Below, one piece after another: positions 33,101 to 46,650 of a DNA stretch of 64,000 bases. This DNA comes from Asterias rubens. Its lineage: Eukaryota. The stretch is taken from assembly GCF_902459465.1 (NCBI RefSeq), contig NC_047069.1, forward strand, positions 12,834,001-12,898,000. Reading direction: 5' to 3'. A program made the translations under genes and the position numbers. Every line of letters begins with the position of its first letter. Within the stretch, counting starts at the first letter, position 1. The notes beneath the pieces are model-generated. The model ran no database searches and had not been told where the DNA came from. It saw nothing but the letters and a program-made list of their open reading frames with translations.

Positions 33101-36100
33101 CTACCGGTACAATGCAGATGTCAATTAAAATTAATTGTTTTATTCAAATACCTAGGCAGAAAATAATGTCACAATTATGCTAATTGGTTTTAGGCCTTTG
33201 ATAAATTCTCCTAATTATATTTTTAGGTTGAAGTTCCCTGTGTGGTAAGATTGTCAATAAATATTCAAAATATATGGTTTTCTAACTGAGTAAAACTGAG
33301 TTTCCTAGCCCCGGTGGGCTACATTACAATGCCTGCTATAAAGTGGTAATATTTATGTGGTTGAATATGCTTGAAAAAAGTTGTAAAAAATCTTCTTCTC
33401 ATATTGTTTGGTTTTGTTTCTTTTGCACAGGGAGCAAATGCATCTGCTTTGGAGAAAGAGATTGGATCAGACCAGTTTCCTCCCAATGAGCATTACTTTG
33501 GATTAGTCAATGTAAGTGAAGTAGAACTTGAAACTTTGCATTATGGCTATTGGCCAAAATACTAACTATATCTACGTAGTAAGGTTTGCTGCAATGACAG
33601 AGATTATTATAATAATAATTATAATGATAAGACTTGTAATGCGCAGATATGCACCCTGCTGGGTGTTCAAGGCGCAGTAAAACCAAAAACAAAACAAAAA
33701 CAAAACATATCACAAAGAAAAACAGACACAACAAAATTAATCCTTGAAAACCTGTGACATAAGATAAGTTTTGAGAAGAGACTTGAATTTTGTGGTACAA
33801 AGACAAGATCGAAGATTAAGTGGTAGAGAGTTCCAGATGCGTGGCGCGGTTGAAGAAAAAGACCTATCACCCCATGAGTGTCGAGACTTGGGTTCAATGA
33901 GGAGAAGCATGTTGTGTTAAGGTTGCAAATCTCACCATCCCCCAGAAATTTTAGAAACTATTCATGCATGAATTCTTACTTCTGAGTGAAATGTTTTGTG
34001 TTGAGAAATTATCCAAATATTACTTCCAATAGAATCCCTTCTTGAAACAGTTTATACTACCTCTATCAACAGCTGCAGTGCTTCTCAGCAAGTAGGTTTT
34101 TTTGGTCATTACTTTTTGGAATATTGACCAATCTATAGTCCAACCTTTAAAGCAAACATTAGCAGATGCCTACATTGTTGTACATGTATGCAAATGTTAC
34201 CAGAGCATTTGAGCTATAGACAGTGCAAGGCTCGCACATACATGTAGTAAAAATGTCTTGTGTATCTTGGGTTCCTATCATGTATACATGAACATTGCCT
34301 TTATTTACGAAAGAAACAAAATTGTACACTTAAATTTCAAGACTTTGCCCAGTCTTTCCTCGCTGAATGGAATTTGCCCCTTCGCATTAGCATATCCAGA
34401 ATTATTTGTAATAATCATTTGAAGTGATCTGTTTGTTTCCATACTGTTTGTTACAATGCCCTTTTCAAAACCATAAAACTTAAGTGCACTTAAACCTCTC
34501 ATGTGCAGCCTGTATATAATTGGCAACAAAAAAAAAACAATTGAAGAGGGCACCTCGATTGGGAAAATGTAAACTCAACTTGAATGTTTTATTGGGCACC
34601 AGGACAATGACTATTGGTTTTGACATTGCCAATAAACGCAGGCCTGGTCATGATGTTTCGGTGAGGCAGCGGAGGCAATAAACCCTTTGAATGTAACATC
34701 ACAAGCCCAAAACATTGAGGTCAATGAAGGCCTATCATTGGCTGAGAGTAACGTGCAGCGCTTCCATGTTTCCAATGTTTGACTTGGTGATGGTGTCGAA
34801 ATGAAGAGGTCTATTGCCTCAATGGTTATAGAGATGCTCTGTTCTAAACTAACTTGCCATTTTTATGTCATTGTAGCATCAGGCCTGTTGTATGCTATAA
34901 TTGAGGAAGCGATTCGTCAAGACCACATGACTGTGTTTGATTTCTTTCCAAAAGTCCCCTTGTTGTTTTAAAAAGGGACTCGTTGCCTTGGATCGGGCGA
35001 ATTGGTCTTTGAAAAGCATTTCAAACCTTTTGTTAATATAAAATGCATAATGGTTAGAAAGATAGTCTATAAGTAGGACATAATGATCCACACAAGCATG
35101 CCTCGAAATTGCCCGTTTTCCTTTTATCTCGCCAGTTAACATGGTTAACACGGTCGGTCATCTTATGGAGTCAAAATTTTGACTCCACCGAATGGCCGAC
35201 CGTGTTTGTTCGCAACAAATTCCATTAAGATAGCTATAATAGTACTTCCTGCTGTGCAATTGTTTCATTGGAAATTCCTCCGTTGTTTAGAACAAGAATG
35301 TCAACAATTTTGAACCTCCAAGTCTAGCCTTAAGTTTTAGAGATCTGAAAATTTATGTGTCTCACTAAAACGTGGATGGACTTTCCAGTCTTGATTAAAA
35401 TACCCTAACACCATGGACACATTTGTTTTGCTTTCTCAACAAGTAAACACTGTGTTTAGCTAAAACTTTGACATATCACCTAAGTGACTTTTTCTTGATA
35501 AATTCGCCCAAATCATACATTGACAAAAACAAAGACTCTACCTTTAATAATGTCCTTTGTCCACAACTTGGAACTTCAGTGCACTTATAATATGTAAACC
35601 TTCAATTTAAAATGGATATTGTTGTCTATGATATTACATTGCAATAAGCACCAATACATGTACGTTTGTAGGTTCGGACTGCTCTCTCAAAATTCATTGA
35701 TAATCTTGATATTCTGAAAATACACATAGAAAGTATGCATGATTGGTTTCCCTAAAATAATAACACTTGATAATTGTGTACACGGATGCACTTATAGCTG
35801 GAAAAATAGAGGTCTCCCTTTTGTTTGTAGAGAACCATCTGGCAGCATTCAATGTTGACACAAACATTGTCTGCCACCCAGCCATATATGATTGAGCATG
35901 AATGGATTTTCATTCGAGATTTAAAAGTGCATTTATAATTTTTTTAAGTGTTACTCTATACTTCCATGGAACAGAATTCTTTTCATATTACAAATAGTAA
36001 CATATGTAATCTGTTTTTATTTGAACAATCACTTAGAGAAAATTTATCTTATATTGTTTTTTTTTTTTTTTTTTTTTTTAATTAAACATATATTACACAT

Positions 36101-39100
36101 TGAGGTTGGACAGGCCCAAAGCTAAAATCAAAGGCCTCAAGCCTTTTTGTCTAAATTCTAATCCTACAATAAAAATACCTACAGATGAACATGTGTACAA
36201 ATTTAAACAGTCTTTTAATAATGCAGTTAACAGAATGTGAGAGGTAAAATATCAAATTTAATTTGACAAATTTCCAAATAACAGACAGCAGGTTTTACAT
36301 CCACAGCTGGTGGACGATGCTCGTAATCGTAATTAGAACAGCCCATATGCTCCCTGTACTAGATACATATTAAAATCAGCTGGTGTTTTTTAGGTATGCT
36401 AAAGTGTACAATCGATCAATTGAGAAAAACGTTTACAGTGTATTAGGCCCTACCATGTCACTCAGAGAGCATCCCACTTTTAGATTTTCCTGTACAAGAT
36501 GTAACTCATTGAAGCGCAGACCTAGAATAACACAGAAGCCATGTGCTCTGCTGGTGCCCTGGTCTTGTCCTTGGTGCCCTTTCTAAAGAGCGCGGATTTT
36601 TCCCATGGAAGTGCCCTTTCAACATGTTAAAATATTCAAAATGATGGCCTCGTCATTGTTGACAAACATGTAGCAATATCTAAAACCAAAACAACTTGTT
36701 TGTTTCATGTTATTTTTGTTCAAATTTGAATGGAAAACATGTAATGGACCAAGTGTGGTTGGAGGTTCAATACTAAGTCATCTACACGTAGCGCAATGGA
36801 CTACCCCATTAGCAAATTTCCTAGAGCTTCTTAAGCACAAAACCAATTTGGCTTTAAAGTCACCAGTCAAAATCACCTGTTTTTGTGACAGGTGTCCTGC
36901 TTAATTGTGCTAATCAGGGTATGTGTAAATGTAAGCATTATTGTGTGCCTAAGCAGCTCTTTGTAATTGGGCCTTGAGGCTGAACAAAAAATGAGCACTA
37001 GTGTTATCAATGTCTTGGTTTTGTTTGTGATGATTATACATGATGTGATGATTTGTCTTTAAAAGGTTAAGGGATTCCTGTTGTCCAATTTACATCAAAT
37101 TTGAACACCCTGTTTTTTTTTAAATTCCGTTGCAGACCCTGCTCTACATTTCTAATACAGTAATTTATTCTCATTCTCTCCTGCAGTTTGGGAACACCTG
37201 CTACTGTAATTCCGTTCTTCAAGCGTTGTATTTCTGCAAGCCCTTCCGGGACAAGGTACTCGGCTACAAGGCCCAGCCGAAGAAGAAGGAGAACCTACTG
37301 ACGTGCCTCAGCGACCTCTTCAATAACATCACCACACAGAAGAAGAAAGTGGGCGTCATCGCACCCAAGAAGTTCATCGGGAGGCTGCGCAAGGAAAATG
37401 GTAGGAGTGTGCGATGGGTGGTTTTTTTTAGCAGAAATATTTTTAGTTTTGGATTGAACAAAGACAAACTGATGAGGGTGGAACTAGAACCCATGTCCTT
37501 TGGTATTAAAGACAGTGGACACTATTTGTAATTGTCAAAGACCAGTACTCTCACTTGGTGTATCTCAACATATGCACGAAATAACAAACCTGTGGAAATT
37601 TGAGCTCAATTGGTCGTCGAAGTTGCGAGATAATAATGAAAGAAAAAACACCCTTGTCACACGAAGTAGTGTGCGTTTAGATGGTTGATTTCGAGACCTC
37701 AAGTTCTAAACTTGAGGTCTCGAAATCAAGTTTGTGGAAAATTACTTCTTTCACGAAAAACTACTCCACTTCAGAGGGAGCCGTTTCTCACAATGTTTTA
37801 TACTACCAACCTCTCCCCATTACTCGTTACCAAGTAAGGTTTCGTGCGAATAATTATTTTGAGTAATTACCAATAGTGTCCACTGCCTTTAATGTGCTGG
37901 CCAAAAGATCTTCCTATTTTGTTTTCAGATACATAGAATTTTTTTAACTTGAAACGGATTCATCTAGCAAATTGACATAGCAAAGAAAGCTCGACTGATC
38001 ATTCAACATATATTTTACACAATGAATGCCGATGTTGGATAGCAGCAAATGAATGATGGTTTTGTATTTCATGAGTAGTAATGGATGCATTTTGTGTAGC
38101 ATTGTGCAATGCTATACAAATAAAAAAATCATTCACTGATGTACCATCATTGAACAGAGAGACGTTCATTTAATATCCCTAACTTAATTACAAATTATAG
38201 AGCCATGTTTCTCCCAGGAGAGAGTCATGTCGAATGTTCTGTTGATGTTTGCTCTGATAAGCTCTGTATTTGCATGACTATTCGATCTTAGTGGAGAGTG
38301 GGCCTGAAGCAGAATGAGAAAAGCAAAAACATAGCCCGGTTTTGATTCGCCTTTCTGCATCTCCAGGATGCCAGCCAATTTCTACAAAAACCTTTTTGTT
38401 TTTTTTCTTTTTTTGCTTTAGGGTTGTGTCAGGCAAGGCCTTATTTCGTTCATGAAGGGGTACAGCATTTTTCCTCTTTGATGACAAATTTCAATTTGTA
38501 ATGGAACTTTGCAAGGGCACCAAATCAAAAGCCTAGGGCAACAGGGCACTTGAGTGAAATGACTTTGACTCTAGCAATGTCTCGGGTCGATCGTATTGGC
38601 TCAATACTTTACGCAATCTCATCTTGGCTTGTTCTACTGTTTGATTTTCTTCAGAGGTGTTTGATAACTACATGCAGCAGGATGCCCATGAGTTCCTCAT
38701 CTATCTACTCAATACAATAGCGGATATCCTGCAAGGTATGTGCATTGTTCACAGTGTCTCTCTACAAGTTTCTGCCCACAGTAGTTGGTGCCCGGAAACC
38801 TGCCTGACACTCTTGACTCCCCAACCACCACTGGCAGAATTTTCTGTTTTTGACCACCACACGTTTTCCGAATTGCTGAATTAAACTTGCAGTTTCCTTT
38901 CAAAGGTTTCAACAAAATGTCAAGTTGGATAATTTACCAGTTAAAAATAGTTAATACAAAGCCATACATTTCAAGTACTGTATCTCTCGATTTCGATTTT
39001 AGTATATTTTTATGGTAATCTAAATAAAAAAATACAATTGGTGTTAATAAAATACCAAATCGTTGCTAAGTTGTACTTTGGTTTTGGGTTTTAAAAAGTT

Positions 39101-42100
39101 CAGTTTTTCATACAGTTAGTTGATTTGTATAAAAGTTCATACATTCTATTGCTGTTTCAGTACACATTTTGCATTTTTTGTTTTGTTAATTGAAAAAATC
39201 TTATAAGAATATTTTCTGAATTTTCCTTTCTGATCTACTTTTAGCGGAGAGAACAGCAGACAAGCAAGGTAGTAAACCAAACAGTAAAGCCAGTACGCCA
39301 AACGGTTCGTTAAGCAACAACAACGACTATCATCACCACAAGACGGAACCAACATGGATCCATGAAATCTTTCAGGGTACCCTCACCAACGAGACCAGAT
39401 GCCTCTGCTGTGAAGGGGTAAGTTACTGCATAACTGGATCCGTGTTTAACAATCTCTCTCATACAAACATTGGTTGAATGTCTGTGGTTATGAATTGCAC
39501 AACTCAAGACATTGAGATCCAAAAAATAGATGGCAATAGTTATTCTAGTCATTGTGAAATCAAGGGTTAGCTTGGTAGGACTTGAACCCACAACCTGCAA
39601 GTCCTGCAATCTTAACCACTTGACCACAGTGATCTGGTCCTTTAAGGCACTGGACACTTCTTGGTAATTACTCAAAATAAATTTTAGCATAAAAACTTAA
39701 TTGGTAACGAGCAACGGAGAGCTTAAGATTGTATAAAACTTTGTGAGAAATGTCTCCCTCTGAAGTTACCTACTTTTTGAGAAAGAGGTTATTTCTCCCT
39801 CAAATATTAAAACACGCCTGAAGCCGTTTTTAGGCTTCTGGGAGCTTACAAGGTTTTTGTTTTATTATTTTTTTTTTTCATTATTCTCTTGCGACTTTAA
39901 CGACCAATTAATTCCAATGTTTTACAGATTTGCTATTTTATGCATACATGTATGTTGGGATATGCAAAGTGAGAATACTTGTCTTTGACAATTACCAAAG
40001 GTATCCATTGCCTTTAATGGACTTTCACTTTCTTCAATTTTTGTAGGTGAGCAGCAAAGATGAGGATTTCCTGGACCTGTCAGTTGATGTGGAACAAAAT
40101 ACTTCAATCACCCACTGTCTAAGGTAAATGCCAAGCCATATCACTAATCTTGACGGCCACTCTGTGTTTTTTTTAAGGGCTTTTTGCTGATTTTGTTATA
40201 TTCTGTGTTGTCGTTTTTACTATATTGAGTCTTCTCTGACGTCACATTTTCAATATTTTTCTTTTAATATAATTTCTCTTAGGCAACACTGACCGCCTTG
40301 TTATTTTAAATCATTCTCTATTCTTGGGCTCTTTTCTTCAAGACCTACCTTGAGTCAGAGAAATCCCAAGTTGAAACATGTTCAGCTTCGGGAAGTGAGG
40401 ACAGAGCGAGGTTGTTGAAGTATCCACTTTTCATGCATTTTATATGCAGCCTTCAATCAATTGGGTTCATGTTACATTCAGAATGGTTGACATGCATTGG
40501 TTGTAACATTGCACCAACTCAAATACAATGCTTTTTCTGCCTTGACTTTTTCTGTTAATTTTCTGTTTGTTTTTTCTTCTGTTACAGGGCTGACTGTTTG
40601 AATTATTAAAATGTGTACCAACTCATAATCAGAAATATGTTTGCGATTAAACAATGTGGTTGAATGTATTCTGAGTGATGGTTGTTCTGAGAAGAACCGA
40701 AGGACTCCGTGTTTCAGACTTATACTCTGTCCATCATCAGAAGACAGTCATCACAGAGTATACTCTTCGAAGCACTGAGTCCTCTGTAGCCGGTTTCACG
40801 AAACGCTAGGATTAATCCTAATTCAAGTTAGGACGAGTAACCTGTCCTAACTTGGGAAGGGTTCAATGCATCCTACGTATTTGGATACGGAACTGACCCC
40901 ATCTTAAGTCCTAAGATTAATCCTAAGTTAGGAAGAGTTTGGTGAAATCGACGTCTGGTTGTTCTCAGAACCACCATCACTCAACGAGATTTATCAAATG
41001 TCACCGCAAAATATTTCTTATGAGCCTTCCACCATGCAAACTTTCTAATCTTGTCAATGCATAATCGTTATTATGTATTATTGTATTATTGTTGTTGTTA
41101 TTTTTCTTTTCATTTATTTTCTGCATATTTTCCTTGTGTTACAGGCCTAAAAACATATTTTTGAAATTATTGAAATGTGTATCAATTCATTATGGTGATC
41201 TGTTGACTATTATGTATTACTGTTGTTTTTGCTTTCAAGATTTAATATGATATTATCATTCATTGTGTTACTGTGGTGGTGTTTTTTTGTGTGGTTTTTT
41301 ATTATTAATTGATTGATTGATTTATAATGTAGAATGAAATTTAATGTAACCTATCAAGCTTAGCTGATCATAAGAGGCCCTCGGTTTAAATTGTTAAAAC
41401 TTTTTTACTTGCACTTTAGCTTTAATATACTTTATTTTTATTGGTATATTCATTATATTAATTATGGTTTCCCATTGAAATTATTATAGTGATTATTAGA
41501 AATATGAATCTATTGATGTTTTTATCATACATGTACCTTAATGATGACTCACTGAAATTAATTTGGTACTTTTTTTCAACTGTATTAAACATTATCATTT
41601 AATAATACACAATTTTGAGAAGAGATTTGCACAAGCTAGTGTTATTTTTATAACATGCCTGTCATCCATTCTTTGTTTGCAGAGGTTTTAGTAACACCGA
41701 GACGTTATGCCATGAGTGTAAATATTACTGTGAAACGTGTTGCAGCAAACAAGAAGCGCAAAAAAGGTAGGTTGCCCAAATCTTTGTTGTTAGTTTTATT
41801 CACATGTCCCGGAACTTTCTTCCTCATAAAACTGCACTACAGAGTCACTGGAAATTTTCAAAAAAAAAACATCTTGACTGGAGCAGGACTTAAACCCAAA
41901 ACCTCTGCATTAACATGCCAGCGTCTTGTGGTTGCAGGTTCAATAATAAACTACAGCATTTATAAGGCGCACTTTACTGGAAAAGACAAACATTCAAAGG
42001 CAACGGTCAAGTTTTGTCAAGATGTTGGAAAGCAAGCAAGAACAAGTGTGTTTTGAGTTTCTGCTGGAAGAGTGATGTTGTGTATTTGTCTGAGGTATTT

Positions 42101-44480
42101 CGGAAGTGAGTTTCCGAGGCGAGTTCGAGGAACACGGAGCGTATTGTTAATAGATCTTAGACCGTGTCTAGTTGTATGGGGTGTCAAGAGATCGTGTATG
42201 TAGGGTAGAGCTGAACCATGTAGTGCCTTGAATGTGAGTAGGATTATTTTGAAAGATGGCCGCTGCATAGACTTTTGAACAAATGTCTCAACAGTAAATG
42301 TCCAGGAAAGCCATATTATGTTAGTAAGGTTTATGGTGAAAAGATCCTTTTTGATTAATTTCCAAACACGTCCTCAAAATCTCACCATGACCCTCCAGCA
42401 TAACATAATCTGACGAATTTCCACTCTTGGATCCGGCGTTTTTTACATTTTTTATCTTCTTATTTTCTAATGATTTTGTTTTGCTGTCTGACAGAATGCA
42501 AGTAAAGAAATTGCCTCAGATTCTAGCCTTACACCTCAAGCGCTTCAAGTACATGGAGCAGGTTCACCGCTACACAAAGCTATCCTACCGCGTTGTATTC
42601 CCGCTGGAGCTGAGACTAATGAACACAGTAAGTCAAATGTATTGCATCATTCAGTCAGTCCCACAATTGTATACCATTCCTTATATATGGTAGATGGTGC
42701 TCCATTAGTCTTTGATGTTAGTCAAATAGCACCTCTTTTTTTTAATGTGATACAATTGTAAACAATGTGAGATCGGTGTAAGGAAAAAATCAATTATTTT
42801 CTTATTCTTATGCCCTTTCTTGCCTTAATGTATTTTGGGGATTTAGGATATGTACATGCGCCTTTATTTTTTTTTACTTTTGTGCTCTCCTGGGCACCCC
42901 ATTGTTGTTTTACTTTGTTGCCTTAAATATTTATAATGTGTGTTAATGTGTGCCTGTAAATGTGTTTGCCCGAATAAGTATTATTATATTATTATCACTG
43001 ATGCACCTGAGACGAGCAGAATATACTGTTCGAAACATCCAGACCACACCGGCTCTTCTCCGAGCCAACACTCACACAAAAAAGGGGTGGGGGGGGGGGG
43101 GAAAGTGAACTATTTGTTTATATATAGTTTTTTCCTATTTACTGTATCCACACCATGCAAAACTTCAAACAATACTTCAATCTATTAAATCGTTGTGTCA
43201 CCTGCTGCTAACACATAGAGCTGGCTCGGTGACAGTGGTCAAGCAATTCAAAAGAGCGATTTGCCTGTGGATTTTTTTCAAAGAATTAAGGAAAGTAATG
43301 AGTTTGTGAATACACATCGATGTTATGGGTGCAAACAAATTATAGCACCTTTTGTATGAAATATGAGTTTAATTTTTCCCCCTGTTTTTCTCTTGACAGT
43401 CTGACGATGCGACGAGTCCGGACAAGCTCTATGACTTGGTTTCTGTTGTCATCCACTGTGGAAGGTAAACCACTAGATTCTTATGTTAAATAACACTTCT
43501 TACAGCGCTAATGGCAAAATGAATGGGAGACTTTGAAACGCAAGGTGGCAGCAGACTTATCAGGTAAATGTCCATTGTTTATGTAGTTCTGAGCTTGCGC
43601 ACATTACCGAAAAGAATGGATTGTATCTGGCAAGTCTGCTGCCACCAAGCGTCCCGAAAGTCCCCTATTGGTCTCATAGCTCCACGTACCTTGCAGGGAA
43701 AAATACTAAGCGCTTTGATACGCCACTGATAAAACGATATATATATTTACAAGAACGTAGTATTATTATTACTATTATTTAAACACGAGCAAGTTACATG
43801 CATTACTTTAATTTGATCAAGGTCATTTGGTTGTTGTTTTTTTGTGTTGATACAATGTTGTTTTTCTCCTGAACACAGTGGACCAAACAGAGGTCATTAT
43901 ATCACCATCGTCAAAAGTCACGGGTTCTGGTTACTGTTTGATGATGACCTTGTAGATGTAAGTGTTTTTGTAGCTTTCTCTAGTGTAACGTTGCGTCTTG
44001 TGACCACATAAATTCATTGGGGATATAACCGCGTCAACCATGGTATTTGTGATAGTGTAAAAACAGTTTTGTTTCGTAATCAGTTTCTTGAATGTTCTTG
44101 ATCGTTCTGGGGGTCGTTCGAAAGTGACATGGTTATCCTGTTTCTTTATTTACGTGTTAATATCCCTTTACTGTATTATTTTATGTAATTTTTATAAATC
44201 TTTTTAACTTCTCCATTTTTTGAGGTTTTGATGAAATAAATTAATAAAAATAAATAAATAGAATATAATGTGTTTTTACCTTAACACCAATGTGTATTAA
44301 GCACTACTTTCAAAAAAAATTCACAGGCAAATTAAATTATACTGTTCTCATTCTTCTCTTTGTTTATCTTGGCAGAAAATTGATGTTTCAAACATCGAGG
44401 AGTTCTACGGACTTGCAACCGAGGTCCAAAAGACGTCAGATTCTGGCTACATTCTCTTCTATCAGGCAAGGGACTTATAA
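30108..44480 (+). CDS. USP12/USP46: Ubiquitin carboxyl-terminal hydrolase 12/46 (co-ortholog), 11 coding exons, 364 aa
   Basis: Exons 30108-30110 (ATG|GTGAGA), 33431-33511, 37187-37400, 38655-38735, 39245-39417, 40047-40123, 41683-41766, 42495-42627, 43400-43464, 43879-43957, 44376-44480; total 1095 nt in frame. Cys box [26 protein letters not shown], His box [11 protein letters not shown], and LLFDDD. The ATG-only exon 1 is the least certain part. Confidence 0.96.
30755..30985 (-). mobile_element. L2/CR1-group LINE 3' end fragment
   Basis: Minus translation [27 protein letters not shown] matches the LINE ORF2 C-terminal motif (LWN.LP..I....S...FK..LKT.L). Confidence 0.7.
31561..31939. mobile_element. 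MITE family A copy (USP12/46 intron 1)
   Basis: TIRs with TTAA on both sides (31557-31560, 31940-31943). Confidence 0.9.
33700..33915 (-). mobile_element. L2-like LINE 3' end fragment
   Basis: Minus translation (frameshifted) [30 protein letters not shown]...FKSLLKTYL. Confidence 0.75.
37510..37888. mobile_element. MITE family A copy (USP12/46 intron 3)
   Basis: TIRs with TTAA on both sides (37506-37509, 37889-37892). Confidence 0.9.
39646..40013. mobile_element. MITE family A copy (USP12/46 intron 5)
   Basis: Degenerate TIRs GGCACTGGACAC / GTATCCATTGCCT with TTAA flanks; ends ~30 nt before the exon 6 acceptor. Confidence 0.8.
40792..40953. mobile_element. MITE family C (CGGTTTCAC...GTGAAATCGAC; AGTTAGGAC/GTCCTAA internal repeats)
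   Basis: Homologous copies at 50222-50365 and ~21988-22115, partial copy at 53520-53580. Confidence 0.75.
42110..42290 (-). mobile_element. L2-like LINE ORF2 fragment
   Basis: ORF 42017..42268: [34 protein letters not shown]...LRVPRTRLG, the typical L2 C-terminal region. Confidence 0.8.
43522..43668. mobile_element. MITE family E copy (USP12/46 intron 9)
   Basis: Homologous to 27110-27244, with both TIRs. Confidence 0.85.
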
Positions 44481-46493
44481 GCCGAAGTCGTTTGGGGGGA
44501 GGGAAGGGCAGGAGTTGTAAACTATCCATAATTACTTTTTAGTCAACATGCTGCAATGGTTTGTGAATGGTCTGCGAGGATTGTAAATTGGGAGAGGGAA
44601 GTTGTGTCTTGGTTTAAGTGAGTTTATACTTGGTAAAGAAATCTTCAACATTTCAATGGCTAAGGGTTGTCCGATGCATTCAACTAGTTCCTTGTGTTTG
44701 TGGAAATGTGTCTTCACCTTGTGTCTTCATGAATTTCATTTATCTGGTTTACACACGAAAATGTGCTTAGCATGGAAACACCTTGCTTAGTAGAAATGGG
44801 TTACCGGCTAAAATGATGTGTACTAGACATACATGTAGTTGTAACTGGTTCCCTATACATTTTTATTTTTATTTTTTCGTTTTGGTATTTTGGGGGGTCA
44901 TCAGTCCACCGCAGATGATGAACAGGAGTTTATTCATACATGATGGCCCAAAATACCAGCTGGGCCACGAGCAAGAGTCCAGTCCTTTTAACTTTGGGCA
45001 AGTAACATCACAACCAAACAAGTCCTAAAAATGAGTGTTTTTTTTACCCAAACCAGTATATTTGAAGCCTTCGCCAAAATATTCTCATCTTTTCAATCCC
45101 AAACCTCCATCCTAAAATGTCGGGAAATATATATAACATCAAGTAAAAAAATCACAAGGGAAACTAACTGGGTAAATTTACGTTGCAGGGAAAGTTAATC
45201 GCAATCTCAGACTTGAAATCAAGAGTTATAGCATACATGTATGATAGCCAGTAGAGGCAAACAGAGCTCTGCATGACTGATGCAGACCAAAGTAAAGGCA
45301 ATCTTAAGACTTGAAATCAAGTCTAGAAATGAACTTGACTACATATGAGCTGACTAAAGCAACAAGCACCCTCATGCATGGGTTTTGAGCTAGGATTTGG
45401 TGAAAGGGTGTCTAAGTTTGCTGGAAATAAAAAGAAATGGGTGTTCAAATTGTTCACTTGTAATACGTTTACATGTACAGATAAAACAGGGTGTCCAAAC
45501 TTACAACAGGGTTTCCAAAAGACACCAGACACCCTATTGGCTAACACTAAGCCCTCCTGAATTTGAATATCGGTTGATTAAATTATCACAAATTTAACTC
45601 AGTAAGCATTAAAGCAATTACCATCAGCAAGGTTGTAGTTTGCAAACAGCACATAAGTTGTATCTTTCAAAAAAAGGAACAAAAAAAACGAAAGTATTTT
45701 TCTAAAAAAGGCAACATTCTTATTTTGTAATGATTTTAGAAAAGTCGAAAAGAGTTGCCAAAAGTAGCATATGTAATGAATAAGTATAGAGATTATTTCA
45801 ATAATTTGTACATAAATATCTGAGAGATGTTGATAATTTTTGTATATGTAAAGCAGATTTTAGTGTCATGGTGGTAACGTGTGGTTGAGTGTGGTAAGAA
45901 AAAAAAGTAACCAATTTTATTTTAACAGTAATCTGTGAGTTTTTTTATTTTAATTTGTTCCCCTTCAGATGTGGAAATGTGATGTTTCTTTTTGGTTTTA
46001 AGGTTAACGCTTAGTGCGTTTAATACTTGTTATTTTTTCTTGTTTGTTTAAACAATGCATTTGTAGCCAGCCCAGGGGCTAAATTGCTACAAACTTTACA
46101 ATTTAAAAACACTACAATGTACATTATATAACTTCTGTAAAAATAGTTACTGATTTGCACATGAAACTAAAATATAACTAGAAAACCAAAACATTGCTAA
46201 AAAGAGAAAATTTATACTTGGTTCAAAATACTGACACAAAAATTTAGGTATCAGACTATGTTTGTTTTTGTGGGAAAGATTGTTAATGTTTCATAAGTTC
46301 ATACTGCAAACTAAAACCTCTTTGTTTGGGTAACCACAGACCGAACATATCAAAATCGTTCAGCTTTGGTGCAAAGATCTTTTCTGTGTCAATGACGTAA
46401 CATCTTGTGCTAAATGCATTAGGACGTGGCGATCCAGTCTTAGCCGTAGCCGAGGCTGCCAGTTCAGACACAACCCTAAGTTTAAGAAAACAT

Positions 46494-46650
46494 CTGCCTC
46501 TAGCTACCGGGCAATCTCGGTAGTCTCGTTGGTAAGACACTGCTCTATTGCAAGGGTCATGGGTTCGAATCCCACCCGAGTAAACATGCCTGTGATATTT
46601 TTCCACAGGACTCGGGGGGGAAGGTAGTGAGTATACAGTGCTATAAACCA
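46494..46650 (+). mobile_element. tRNA-derived SINE, family S1
   Basis: B-box GGTTCGAATCC at ~46562; homologous to 1461-1610 and 21090-21210. Confidence 0.8.

Noticed and set aside
37928-38125. Possible alternative terminal exon in USP12/46 intron 3 (TTTTCAG| then early stop, AATAAA near 38117)
   Set aside because: Such signals are common by chance in AT-rich introns, and nothing else supports it.
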